63,837 nt of DNA, filler included, from Reclinomonas americana ATCC 50394 (GCA_048213135.1; 13 parts of 13 records of this genome joined end to end with filler, not necessarily neighbours in it), one strand, 5' to 3'; shown: positions 41,201 to 55,219, numbered from the whole stretch's first letter. The notes: a model not told the origin generated them from the letters alone. Translations and numbers: made by a program.

Positions 41201-44029
41201 TGGTACAGCTCAAAGTAACGACGCAGATGGCGCAGCAGGAGGACAAACTCCGCACGCTGCACATAGTCGTCGCCGACCTTGTCGTTGCCCTTGTACGACG
41301 ACTTGGCGGCCTGCGTTGTGCGGGGGAGTAGGTGCATGTGAGCAATGGAGAACTAAAGTCACGTAAAGACAAACGGGAGAGAGGGAACGAAAGAGAGAGA
41401 GAGAGACAGAAAGAGAGAAAGAAAGTAAGACAGAAAGAGAGAAAGAAAGACAGAACGAGAAAGACACAGAGAGAGAGAGAGAGAGCGTGGAAGAGAAGCA
41501 AACAATTAGAGAAAAGAAAGGAAGAGAAAAAGAAATGAATCCAGCAGAGAAATGCAGCAGGAGAGTGCGATACAAACCGTCTATACACACAGAGAGCGAG
41601 AGAGAAAGTAATACCAGATGGAAAGAAGAAAGCGAGGAAGGGAGAAAGAAAGAAAGATTGAGAGAGAGAGACAGAGACAGAGAAAGAGAAAGAGAAGGAA
41701 TCGATAAGTGAAGAAAACGAAGAAAGAAAACGAATTCAGCAGAGAAAAATGCAGGCACGAGACGCGAGTGAGTGCGATATAAAGCCTTCTCTGGCACACA
41801 GAGAGCGAGTAAGAAAGTAATATATGGAGGAAAAAAGGAAGAAAGAATCAGAGACAAAGAGAGAGAAATGAGAGAAAACACAAGGAAGGAAAAGTAAGAA
41901 GAGAGTGAATGAGAGACAGAATGGCGATAGTGCACAAGAACAACCTTCCTTCTCTCATGCAAGTGGACCCACCTGGAATGCACGCATAATGGCCGGCTTG
42001 CAGTCGTACACCGCATCCAAATCGAGAACGTCACGGATACCCTTGTCTGCACACCCAATTGTGTGAGCACACCAGCTGCATCACAAAGATCGCACCCTTC
42101 ACCAACTCACCGACTTCAGCCAGCGACAGGAAACCGTTGCCATTCGGATCAAACAAGCCAAACAGGCGAGCACGTTCGGCCTTGTCAGCGGCACTGCCTG
42201 TCACAGGGAGGGCATCGAGCACCTTGCGCCAGTTGGGCGACGCAGCGACCGGCGCAGCGACGCCTGACCCTGATGCGCCACTCGCGGATGCGGTGGCCGC
42301 AGCGGCGGGCTTGCCGGCGGCAGGTTTGGGTGGTGCGCTGCCGGCCGAGGCAGGAATCTCGTCCATCACCTCGCCGTCGATTTTGACGTGCTTGGCGATG
42401 GCCCACGCCGCGAATTCGTCAAAGAGAACGATCTGGTTCGAGAAGATGATGAATGAGGAAAGGGAGAGGAAAAGGGCAACAGGATCAAGGAAAAAGACAC
42501 CCCGAGAGACAGTTGATGGGCACTCGTGAGAAAATGTGCACGTTCTTGAAACAATGGGGAAAATGAAAAGAGCGGATGATTGATTAGGAGATAGTCCAGC
42601 ATAATGAGGCTGGCGACGAGAAGAGGGAAACGCGGTGTTGAACGAACGCATGAACCGAGCAGCTCAGCGACGCACGAGAACGTGAGTGACAGACATCACC
42701 GGACACGAAACGCGGCTGGTGTTGTTCAAAGAAACTACTGGCCACGCGTAAGATTACGAGAGTGAAAGGCACGAAAGGGAGAACGTGTGAATCTACATCT
42801 GTGACTGACGGTGCGTGACCTTTGTTAATGAGAGAGGTTGCCGGGAAATTAGATTAAGGAAAATGGACGGTGACTTCCCTAACAGAAGAGCGACACATCG
42901 ACCTTTCCCCTCCTCTCTTCCCTTCCCAGCCAGACTCACCCCTCCATGGTTCGCGTCAATCTCCTTGAATGCATCCTCAGCCTTCAGGTCTGCGGGCAAT
43001 CCCCAAGTTACAAACTTGGCAAACGACCCCTTCAACTCGTCCACCGTGATGCGACGATCGTCAGAGGTGTCGACCTCGTCGAACCTGAATTGAGGAAGAA
43101 GGACATGAGTTGTTATCTAAAGTAACAAGACAGCTCAGTCAACGCAACAGCTGATACAGCTCAAAGTAGCGACGGAGGTGGCGCAGCAGGAGCAGAAACT
43201 CGGCGCGCTGTACAAAGTCGTCGCCGACTTTTTCATTTCCCTTGTACGAGGACTTGGCGGCCTGAGCGAGAAGAAGAGAGTGATTGGATTGAGTAAAACG
43301 AGAGGGATGCAAGAAACCGCCAGCAAGAATGAAGAGAATTCAGCGAGGGAAAGGTGATGCATCGGCAGGATGAGCCAGAAGAATGCAAACAAATGACATA
43401 GAGGGAAAAGGCAATGCATCGACGCGTGGTGCAAGAAGAATTCAAGCAAATGACCCCACCGCACACACAAAAGGACAGGGAGAGAAAATGGATCACTCAG
43501 TGAGAAGAGTGCCACGCCAGTCCTCCAAATTCCAACCCACCTGGAAAGCACGCATAATAGCCGGCTTGCAGTCGAACAGCGCGTCCAACTTCAGCACGTC
43601 GCGAATGCCCTTGTCTGCACGCACGCGATTAGTGTCTCCGCAGAAAACTCGAACCACCCTCCCTGCCCACTCACCAACTTCGGCGAGCGACAGGAATCCA
43701 TTGCCGTTCGGGTCGAACAAGTCAAAGAGTCGCGCTCGCTCCGCCTTGTCGGCCGCATTGTTGGCCACCGGGAACACGGCGCATACGCGGCTCCAGTTCA
43801 CCGACTTTTTCGCAGGAGGCGCTGCGGATGAGGATGAGGGACCGGCGGCGGCGGGTGACTTGGCGGCGGCCGGCGACTTGGCGGCCGGTGAGCCCTTGGG
43901 CGGTGGTCCGGTCTCGTCGGCCACATGGTCGCCGTCCAGGACCACGTGCTTTTGCGTGGCCCACGCAGCGAATTCGTCGAACAGCACCACCTGGAGCGAC
44001 ACAGTGCGTCAACAACAGAAACCATGGGT

Positions 44030-44090
<61 letters not shown>

Positions 44091-44594
44091 GACGACGACG
44101 ACCGACCGACCCGTACCCGACCGACGTACGTACGTACGACGNNNNNNNNNNNNNNNNNNNNNNNNNNNNNNNNNNNNNNNNNNNNTTAATTAATTAANNN
44201 NNNNNNNNNNNNNNNNNNNNNNNNNNNNNNNNNNNNNNNNNAGAGAGAGAGAGACAGAGGAAGGATAAAGTGCGCGCATGTGAAGATAGGTGCGTCCAGG
44301 CAACGACTATATCCTTTGCCTTTATCTTTGCAGATCGATCGATTCTCTCAGTGAGCAGAGTGTTGCAAAGAGAGAGAGAGAGACACAGAGAGAGAGACAC
44401 ACACACAGAGAGAGAGAAACAGATTTGCAGTGTCCGATCGCCTCATCAACCGGAATCACACATACACACACAGAGAGAGACACAGAGAGAGAGGCAGAGA
44501 ATGAGAGAGGAACAGAGTGTGCAATTAGAGAGAGAATGTGCGTGTGTGAGAGAGAGAAAGAGCGCGAATAATGTAACCAATCACTCACCGCCAT
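28689..44594 (-). CDS. Poly-calflagin: at least 6 complete tandem flagellar calcium-binding protein (FCaBP)-like EF-hand domains plus the end of a 7th, then a charged coiled-coil C-terminus
   Basis: Each spliced repeat reads W..LP..ERARLFxLFDPNGNGFLSLAEVDKGIRDVL..DCKPAIMRAFQAAK..DDYVQRAEF..LLRHLRRYFELY.LFDEVDTSDDRRITVEE..WGLP..FKEIDANHGG.VLFDEFAAWA, collinear with trypanosomatid FCaBP. Repeats at about 43800-42400, 42235-40410, 40250-39050, 38895-37165, 37002-35875 and 35695-33970; partial one at ~43990. The E/K/R-rich tail ends MVDAVKAKLELLKQVNGPRQ* (28689). Candidate start ATGGCG|GTGAGT at 44594 lies beyond a gap and is uncertain. Confidence 0.8.
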
Positions 44595-45529
44595 TTTCTT
44601 TTCTCAACACACAAAAGAGCAACGCGCTCACTGTCTAATCACACACAAAGAGACAGACTGCGGAGAATGAGTGTGTGTGTGTGAGAGAGTGTTGCTTGTG
44701 AGAGACACTGATTTGCTAAACTGCTGCTCGCCGTTTCCCGCGCGATTTGCATTAGTCCCAATTTCTGCTTGGTTTTTTCGCCTTTTTTTTTCGTTCCTTG
44801 AGCGGCTAGCCGCGCGCTATATTTGAAGATGGTGGCCACATTGTGCTCTTGCACTTGAGCGAGAGAGATGGAGAGTGAAAGAAACTGATGAAATTGAAAT
44901 TTCGAATTCGTTTGTGCAGGCCTACCGGGTGCGCAAAGGAAAGAAAGCAACAGTGCAAGTTGGATTGTGATTGTCTGTGTATGTGCATGAGAGAGATGAG
45001 CTGAATTGCAGTTTTCTCTTTCGAATTCCCGCGCGATTTGCATTTCTGTCGCCTGCATTTCCATGAGAGGCGATAGATTTGACGACTGCGACAGATTGCG
45101 CTCTTGCACTTGAGCGAGAGAGATACAGAGAGAGAAAGAAGCTGAGAAATTCGAAATTCGAATTCGAAATTTCGATCGCGAATCTATGCAGTGCAGAGCG
45201 TGCTAACAAAAAAGTGCAGCAACAAAGCAAGAGTGCGAGAGAGTGATGGAAGGGTTGATCATAGCCTTGATCATGAGCTGCGGAATACGAAGTCGAGGAC
45301 AATCGATAACTGTAGTGTCCTCACACTTCAGTTCCTTGCTTCTGTAGGCTTCCTCTCTTACGAGAGCAAGCCACCTGGTTGGCACTTTCGAGTTCTGTGT
45401 GTGTTTCTGTGTTAGGGCTTCAGTTTTCGCTGCTCGCTCTTTCCCGCGCGCGCATTTTGTCCCATTTGTCAATTCCCGCGCGCGGAATTATCGTTTGAGA
45501 GGCAAACTGCGCGCTTTTTATTTTGAAGG
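44595..45529. promoter_or_regulatory. Putative divergent promoter with clustered E2F-like (TTCCCGCGCG) and CHR-like (TTYGAA) motifs
   Basis: TTCCCGCGCG near 44735, 45026, 45441 and 45473. TTTGAA at 44822 and 45522. TTCGAA at 44901, 45020, 45150, 45157 and 45163. The region lies between two predicted divergent ATGs. Confidence 0.4.
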
Positions 45530-45633
45530 ATGGCGACCTCGATTAATGGCATTCCGCTGTTGGATGTGAGTGAAAGAGAGAGAGAGATAAAAGGAAAAGA
45601 GAGAATGAGAAAGAAAGTTAGAGAGTGAGTGTT

Positions 45634-45726
<93 letters not shown>

Positions 45727-45752
45727 TAGTAGTAGTACGTAGTAGTGTAGTG

Positions 45753-45800
<48 letters not shown>

Positions 45801-45930
45801 TAGTGTAGTAGTAGTAGGTAGTAGTAGTAGNNNNNNNNNNNNNNNNNNNNNNNNNNNNNNNNNNNNNNNNNNNNTTAATTAATTAANNNNNNNNNNNNNN
45901 NNNNNNNNNNNNNNNNNNNNNNNNNNNNNN

Positions 45931-45970
<40 letters not shown>

Positions 45971-46018
45971 CAAGAGAGGCAAGAGAGACAAGTGATGCAT
46001 TTTGTACTGTGCATTTGT

Positions 46019-46061
<43 letters not shown>

Positions 46062-49049
46062 ATGCAGTGAACGTGTGTGAGTGAGTGAGAAAAAGAGTGA
46101 TTGAGAGTGATGCAATTTGATGTTTTCTTGTCTCTCACTCTTTCACACACACTCTCTCTCATACACACACTCATACACACATTCTCTTTCTCTCTCTCTC
46201 GCTCTCTCACGCACTCGCAGATGCTCACTGAGATGTGCTTTTTTGTTGAATATCCGAGAGAGAGAGAGAAAGAGTGAGGAGAGTGTGTGTGTGTGTGTGA
46301 GAGAGAGAGTGTGTGTGTGAGTGAGTGTGTGAGTGAGTGTGAGAGAGAGAGAGAGAGAGAGAGAACGCGTGTGTAAGGGAGAGCTGCATGACGAGAGAGT
46401 GATTGTGAGTTGTCCTTCGTTGCTATATTGACTGTGTGTTTCATTGTGCAGGCGCCTCCGGCTGGACTTGTGTACTCGCAGCATGTGTACCAGAGTGTTG
46501 CGTGAGAGAGTGCCATTTTCTGCCTCTTGTGTTTGTCTCTCTCACTCTTCTCCCTCTCCTTCTCCCTCTCCTTCTCCTTCTCCATCTCCTTCTCCCTCTC
46601 TATTCTCTTTTCCTCGCTCCATCCTTCTCCCTCTCCCTCTCCTTCTCCCTCTTCTTCTCCCTCTCCTTCTCCTTCTCTTTCTCCCTCTCCTTCTCCCTCT
46701 CCTTCTCCCTCTCCTTCGCCCTCTCCTTCTCCTTCTCCTTCTCCTTCTCCTTCTCCTTCTCCTTCTCCTTCTCCTTCTCCTCCTCCCTCACTCACGCATC
46801 CCCCGTGCACAGTACTGGCAGCAAATGGTGGCCACCTATCCGAATCTGAAGCACCACAAGGCGCCTTCCAATGCGCAAGAGTACAACCAGATTGTTGTGG
46901 GGTGAGTGTGAAGATCATGGGGAAAAGAGAGGGAGGGAGGGAGTGGGCATGCAGAGCCGGTGATTTCCTAGTGCGCCGTTAAAAGCGGAAGGAGACCAAT
47001 CTGCTGACTGACATCGGTCGCGACGTCAACGTAGCTAAGAGAACGAGAGCGAGGCAGGGAGGAGGGAGGGAACAATGGGAGAAGAAGTGTGCAAGGAAAG
47101 GGGGGAGAGAGGTGACAAACAAGAGAGTGCGAGAGAGAGAGAGAGATGAGACGAGACTAGATGTGTGTGTGAGAGAGAGACAGAGGCAGGGAGGAGGGAA
47201 GGAACAATGGGAGAAGAAGAGAGCAAAGAAAGGGAAAGAGAGTTGTAGTAAACAAGAGAGAGAGAGAGAGAGAGACGAGATGAGAGACAGAGAAAGAGAA
47301 AGCGAGAGAGGGCAGGGAAAGGTAGGAGATCGTAGGCGGCACTCGTCATTGCGCGCCTTGTCACTCAGCGGGAGATCAATCTGCTGACTCCAACGTGGCG
47401 ATATGCACTGTGACAGCTGTTGACTTGCCCTCTACATCTCCCTCTCCTCTTCCTTCATTCTCATCTCTCTCTCTCTCTCTTCACCTTGCCCAGGTGGTAC
47501 AACCTCAGCTGCGAGCAGTCTGGCGCGCGTCTCCCTCTGCCCCAGGTCCACCCCGAGCGTTGCGTCCTCACCCTCATTCTCAGCCTCTTTCTCCATTGTC
47601 TCTCAAATATCCCCTTGTCTTTCACTCTCCTTTGCCTGCGGCGCTCATTCTTTTCTCACAGTGCCTGGACCCTTCCTGCGAACCACAAACCGTGAGTCCC
47701 TCCCTGCTCAAATACCTTCAACACCTTCTGCACTGCCGCTTACTCTTCCAAACAGCGTCCTTCTTGATCACCGCCCCGCAGCACGAGCTCGCGGCTGCCC
47801 ATGCCATGCAGGAGCGCGCTTCTGCACAACCTGTAGTGCCGCACAAAGATGGAGGAGATGTTGCGTCGTGTACCGCTCATTGCTTATTCGCGAGTTCATT
47901 CGATTCACCCCTTGGGTCATTGTTGCCAGATGGTCCGCAACTATATCGTTGCGTCCATACTTTCCGCGTGCTTTATTCCTTGCCGGCATCGGTTTCTGGA
48001 GCTCGAGCTCTCGCTCTCCTCCCTTCCTCCCTTCCCTCCGTTCCCTCCCTTCCCTCCCTTCCCCGCTTCCTCCCTTCCCTCCCTTCTCTCGCTTCCTCCC
48101 TCCCTTCTCTCCTTCCCTGCCTCCCTTCCACCCTTCCACCCTTCCACCCTTCCACCCTTCCACCCTTCCACCCTTCCACCCTTCCACCCTTCTACCCTTC
48201 CACCCTTCCACCCTTCTACCCTTCCACCCTTCCTCCCTTCCTCCCTTCTTCCCTTCCTTCCTCCCTTCTTCCTCCCTTCCTCCCTTCCCTCTCGTCCCTT
48301 TTCTCCCTCCCTCCCTTCCTCCCTTTCTCCCTTCCCTTCCCTTCCTCCCTTCCCTCCCTTCCCACCCTTCCCTCCCTTCCCTCCCTTCCCTCCATTCCCT
48401 CCCTTCCCTCCCTTCCCTCTCTTCCCTTCTCTCTCTCCCTTCTCTCCCTTCCCTCCGATCTTCCCTTCNNNNNNNNNNNNNNNNNNNNNNNNNNNNNNNN
48501 NNNNNNNNNNNNTTAATTAATTAANNNNNNNNNNNNNNNNNNNNNNNNNNNNNNNNNNNNNNNNNNNNTCCCTCCCTTCTCTCTCTCTCTCTCACTCTCG
48601 TCGCTTGTTGCCACCTGCGAAACAGGAGCGCACTATGAGTTCACCTCCGCAAGCCCGACCGGTACGTCAAGTGGTACACGACTTTCACCTCCTCTCTTCG
48701 TGCCCCTCACCTTTGTGCCACACGCAGCGACCGCCTCCCGTCGAAACAGTGAGCGCTATCTTCGTCCGCTGTGTGATCTTACTCTCTCTCACCGCGTATT
48801 GTGCTCAGCGGCCCGTATTCGTGTCGTCTAATCCCGGATCGGTAAGCACCAACTTCGTCCAAATACTCGTGAGTGTGCCTGACCCTGGGCTTATACCTTG
48901 TGCAGCAACCCAAGTCCAAGGCTTCATTGGCAGCGGTGGTGAGTCGACGGCATGCTTGATGGAAAGAGTGAGGGGAGAGGAAGAGAGTGAGCGAGGACGA
49001 GAGAGTGAGCGAGATATTGAGAGAGCGCATGTGAGTGCGAGATTGTGCG

Positions 49050-49100
<51 letters not shown>

Positions 49101-50188
49101 AGAGAGACAGAGTAAGTGTGAGAGAGAGAGACAGTGAGAGATGGATGGAGGCAGAGAGTCAGACAGACTGAGAAAGGGAACGACTGACAGAGAGTGAGAC
49201 ACAAGGAGAGGTATATGTGGTAAGTGTGTGTGAGAGAGAGAGAAACAGAGAGTGGGCGAGGACGGAGAAGAAGAAGGGAGGCAATTAATTTTTTGTTCCA
49301 ACTCTCGCTCTCACCCTCGCTTCTGTCTCTTTTCTCTGTCTCTATCTCTCTCAGTGTGTGTCTCATTTTTATCACTCTCCCCATTTCTCTCTTTTGTTTA
49401 TGTGCTCCATCTCTCGCAATCAAAGAGAGAATTGAGATAGCGAAAGACAAAAGAGAGTCTGACTTTCCCGTTCTCATTTCTCCATCTTTCCCCTTCCCCC
49501 CCCCCTTCTCCTTAACCCCGACTGAAGAATGTGAGAGCACCTGTACGATAGTTGCGAGCATAGCTGAATGCCCTTTTCCGCAGCGCACATCTTCTGGTGG
49601 TGCCTCCCGTACAACTGAAACCTTCTTGCTGCCGGTGCGTGACATGAACCCTAGTATTGCCGATCTGGTGTTTCTCTCCTCACGTTACATCGCTTCCTTC
49701 TCGCAGTCTGCCAAGGAAGTGGTTTGTGCATCACCTTGTCGGCCGCTCATGCATGCCTCATGTAGCTCACTCTTCGTTGACAAACGGCAGCTGGCGCTGC
49801 AGCAAAAGCAACAAGCGGAGCGACCGAAGGTCTGTTTGCACATCTCTCTGTCAATTGTTCGCCTCTGACGGTGAAGCGTTCGCCTCTGCAGTTTGAGATC
49901 CACTCCGTCCGGCATCACGCGGATGAGCTGGACGATGATAAGGAGGATCATTCGGCGCTGAGTCGCGCGCTGGGAATTCACAAGAGCGTTGCGTGAGGCG
50001 AGGCGAAAAGAGTGGGCTTGTGCAGTTGTGTTCACCATGTGCCTGCTGGACAGCAGTCGGGGAGTTCGTCAAAGCCAAAGGAGGTGAGTGTGGGAGGAAG
50101 AAGGACATGGTGGCAGTATTGTTAGATCTTTCATCACTTTGCATTTGTAGGGTGACTCTCAAGTGTGTATGTGTGTGTGAGAGAGAAG

Positions 50189-50240
<52 letters not shown>

Positions 50241-52128
50241 GATGATGCATGAACGCGAGTGTGTGGCCGTCCGAATGTGACTGTGATTGGCGTGCTCACG
50301 ATCGACACTCCACAGCACGGAAACAAGCATGCGCATCGCAAGCAATCGGATGTACGTGATGCATTTGTGAGTCATGCGCTTTTCTTATCTGTGTTGATCG
50401 TCGCTCACCATCTTTCTCAGCAGAAGCATCAACTGAGCCTGGACGAGGCGCGTCGGTATAGAACCGCAGAAGAGCGGCATGCAGAGAAGCGTGGAGCGTT
50501 GTCGGTGAGTATAGTGAAGGTTCTTCTCTGTGCACCAAATTCAGCGTTGCCTCACTCTCGCGTCACAGCACGAAACCGCATCGCCACCAGCTGTCGTCCG
50601 CAAGGACACCACTTTTGAGCCGGTCATGTTTGTTGCGTCCACCAGCCGGCGCTCTATCACTCGCGCAGAGTCACTCCCCCACGCACTCGCCCGTTCACGC
50701 CACCTTCTTCTGCCTTTCCCACGCACGCAGGCCCGCTGCCACCTTCATCTCTCTCTCACACACACGCACGCTCTTACTCTCTCACGCACTCGCCCATTCA
50801 AGCCACCGTCTTCGGCCTTTCCCACTCACGCAGACCGCCTGCCACCTTCATCTCTCTCTCTATCTCTCGCACACGCACGCTCTCACTCTCCCCTCCATCT
50901 CTCTCTCTCTCTCTCTCGCATATACACACTCTCCTTCCCGTCTCCCTCCCCCTATCTCTCTCTCTTGCACACACACACACGCACGCACGCACTCTCTCTC
51001 TATCTCCTCCCCTCCCTGTCTCCCTCCCCTGTCTCTCTGACCATTGATGGTGCAGGGAAAGCACATAGTGCGCAAGCGGAGTCGAGAGGTTGAGGTACAC
51101 ACGTCTGTTTTTTTCCCACTCTTCCCAATCTCAATCCTCACGTGCTTGTCGCCAACCAAAGGCCGACGACGATGTCGGCCACGGTTTTTTCGATGGCATT
51201 GATCCGGAGCAGGTGAGTTTCAGCGCTTCCCGCATAGAATCACTGCTTCGTGGAAGAAGTGACGACGTTGGTGCGCAGTTGATGCAGCAGAGCAATGGCG
51301 AACTTGAAGACCCGCACAACGACGATGACGACTTTAACTTGGGGGTGAGTTGGGGGGATGTTGTGTTCGTGGTTGAGGTTCCTCGACTCACGTTGTTTTT
51401 GTGTGTGATGCAGCGATCGGCGCCGCGACGTCGTGATGAGGTTAGGGGGAGGGAGTTTGAGAAAGGGAGATGGGAAGGGAGGGAAGGAGGAAGTGGGGAA
51501 GGGGACAAAGTGTGTGGGTTTGGTAGCTTTCAATGTTTGTTGCTGATGTGTGTTGTGCTTCTTACTTGCGTGACATGTGCGTGCGTGTCTGTATGTGTTG
51601 CTTGGGTATCTGAGTGCATGTATTTTGGCGTTCGTGGTGTTGTGTTATCTGTGTCTGTGTGTGCACACGTCTGATCTTCTGTCCGTGTGCAACTGTTGTT
51701 TGCTGAATGTGTCCTCTGCAGCCTCCATACCGGCTTACGATCGAGAATTTGTTGGGTGGCAAGCTGCGGCCGGTGAGTGACGGGGAGAAGAACAACACTT
51801 CACACTGGTCGGAAGACAGCAGCTGCATTGTGTACCTGTTTGCTGGGAGAATTCGTCATCGTCATCGTCATCGTTGTCGGTGTTGTTGTTGTTGTTGTCT
51901 ACAGACAGAAGGCGTGTGGCTTCCACTCTTCTATTTTGCTTTCCGCACACTGTGTATGTGCCTCTTTGTCACACACAAGTTTAAGATTAGCTTTGGCCTG
52001 ATCATTGTCAGTTCTCTCGTGATTGTCTCACAAAGCTGGTTATTTTTCACATTCTCCGCTTTCTCCCGTCTCCTTTCGCTCTGTCTCTATTCTTGCTCTC
52101 TCTACTGTCCTTCTGTCCTACTCTCTTT

Positions 52129-52227
<99 letters not shown>

Positions 52228-52285
52228 TTCTTTCTTTCTTTCTTCCTTCCTTTCTTTCTTTCTTTGTTTGTTTGTTTCTTTCTTC

Positions 52286-52320
<35 letters not shown>

Positions 52321-52813
52321 TCGTTCTTTCCTTCTTTGTTTCTCTGCGTTCACTATTCATGAATAATTGTTTCGCATCCCTCCTTTCCCTTTAACCTCCC
52401 CTCTGTTCCCTCTTCACCCAGGAGCGCCCCCGCGACATCGCCACCCCCACCACAGTGGGCGAGTTGGCCGAGCTGTCACCCGACGACGTGATGCAGTACG
52501 CCATGTTCCACGCCCTCGCGCGACTGGTGGCCAAGCGGCGCTTCAATGCCAAGTACCCGATGGTCTCATTGCATCTTTTCGTGCTCGTGTGCATCAGGTT
52601 TTTGCTCATCCTTGTTGGTATCTGCAGGAAGCCGAGCCGGGCTACAAGAAACGCGGTCGCGTCGCCCGCAGCGCTCCCTCGGCTGCGACCACAACACCCA
52701 CTCCGGACGCAGTCGGTGCGATGTTGCCGCCCACGGCGTATGATGATGCACCGATGGCCGCGGCGGCCGAGGAGGTAGACGAGGATGGGTCGGATGATAT
52801 GGGGGCGAAGTGA
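45530..52813 (+). CDS. Micro-exon-rich hypothetical protein of unknown function (possibly two genes; spans gaps at 45831 and 48469)
   Basis: Candidate first exon MATSINGIPLLD|GTGAGT at 45530. More than 20 short exons flanked by YAG/GT. The 3' part reads in frame to ...ERPRDIATPTTVGELAELSPDDVMQYAMFHALARLVAKRRFNAKYPM|EAEPGYKKRGR...DDMGAK* (52813). The frame of the exons at 47494-47947 is ambiguous. Confidence 0.6.
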
Positions 52814-52859
52814 AAGCGGGGAGTAGACATGTTGCGCAGGGGCGGGAAAGGAGGAGAGG

Positions 52860-53585
52860 GTGTGATAGGGAGGGAGAGAATGTTGTTCGCGGACGCTATT
52901 CGTGCGAGGTTGATTAGAGAGGAGGAAGGTAGAAAAAAGGGAGAAAGGGAAGGGAGAGAGACAACCTGAATGCATGAAAGGGAGAGAAGGAGAGAGGGTG
53001 AGAGTGCAGTTGTTCGATGAGTAAGCAGTGAGGTCTTGAGAGAGGAGGATAGAGAAATGGAGAAAGGGAAGGGTGAGAGACAACCTGGATGCATGAAAGG
53101 GACAGAAGGCGACTGTGTGTGCGAGAGTGTGATGTTCGCGGACGCTATTTTGGCGAGGTTGATGAGAGAGGAGGAAGGCAGAGAAAATGGATAAATGGAA
53201 GAGAGGGAGAGAAGGAGAAGATGTGAGAATGCAGTTCTTCGTGGACGCTGTTAATGCGAGGTTGATGTGAAAAGCAGTGAAGTCTTGAGAGAAGAGGAAG
53301 ACAGGGAATGGAGAAATGAAGGGAGAGAGACAACCGATGCATGAAAGGGAGAGAGGGAGACTGTGTGTGCGAGAGTGCGATGTTCGCAGACGCTATTTTG
53401 ACGAGGTTGATGAGAGAGGAGGAAGACAGTAAAACAGGAGAAATGGAAGAGAGGGAGAGAAGGAGAAGGTGTGAGAATGCAGTTGTTCGCCGTCGATATT
53501 AATGCGAGGTTGATGAGAAAAGCAGTGAGGTCCTGAGAAAAGAAGAAAGAGAATAATGGAGAACGGAAGGCCAGACATGCATGGG
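52860..53585. repeat. Intergenic degenerate tandem repeat, unit about 250 bp, 3 copies
   Basis: Recurring TGTTCGCRGACGCTATT..GAGGTTGAT..AAGCAGTGA..ATGCATG at about 52883, 53133 and 53381. Confidence 0.8.
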
Positions 53586-53744
53586 TTGGCTGTCAGAGTT
53601 AGAATGAGAGACTGCAGTTGTCCGACGACGGTCGCCTTCACAAAGTCAAGAGATTGGATATGCAATGCAAGCGCGCTGCGTGTTCTCCCACAAATAGGCC
53701 CTGTCAGTCTCCACGCTTTTTCGCCTTCCATCTCCCTTCACTTT

Positions 53745-55193
<1,449 letters not shown>

Positions 55194-55219
<26 letters not shown>

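Noticed and set aside
47782..47859. Cys cluster CPCHAGARFCTTC as a zinc finger
   Set aside because: The exon frame is ambiguous; the alternative phase-0 reading (HELAAAHAMQERA) is equally open.
47395..48524. Long low-complexity ORFs (also 2903-4027, 17121-18262, 45875-46918, 59357-60328)
   Set aside because: Open frames produced by stop-free microsatellite introns; only the short embedded exons are credible.
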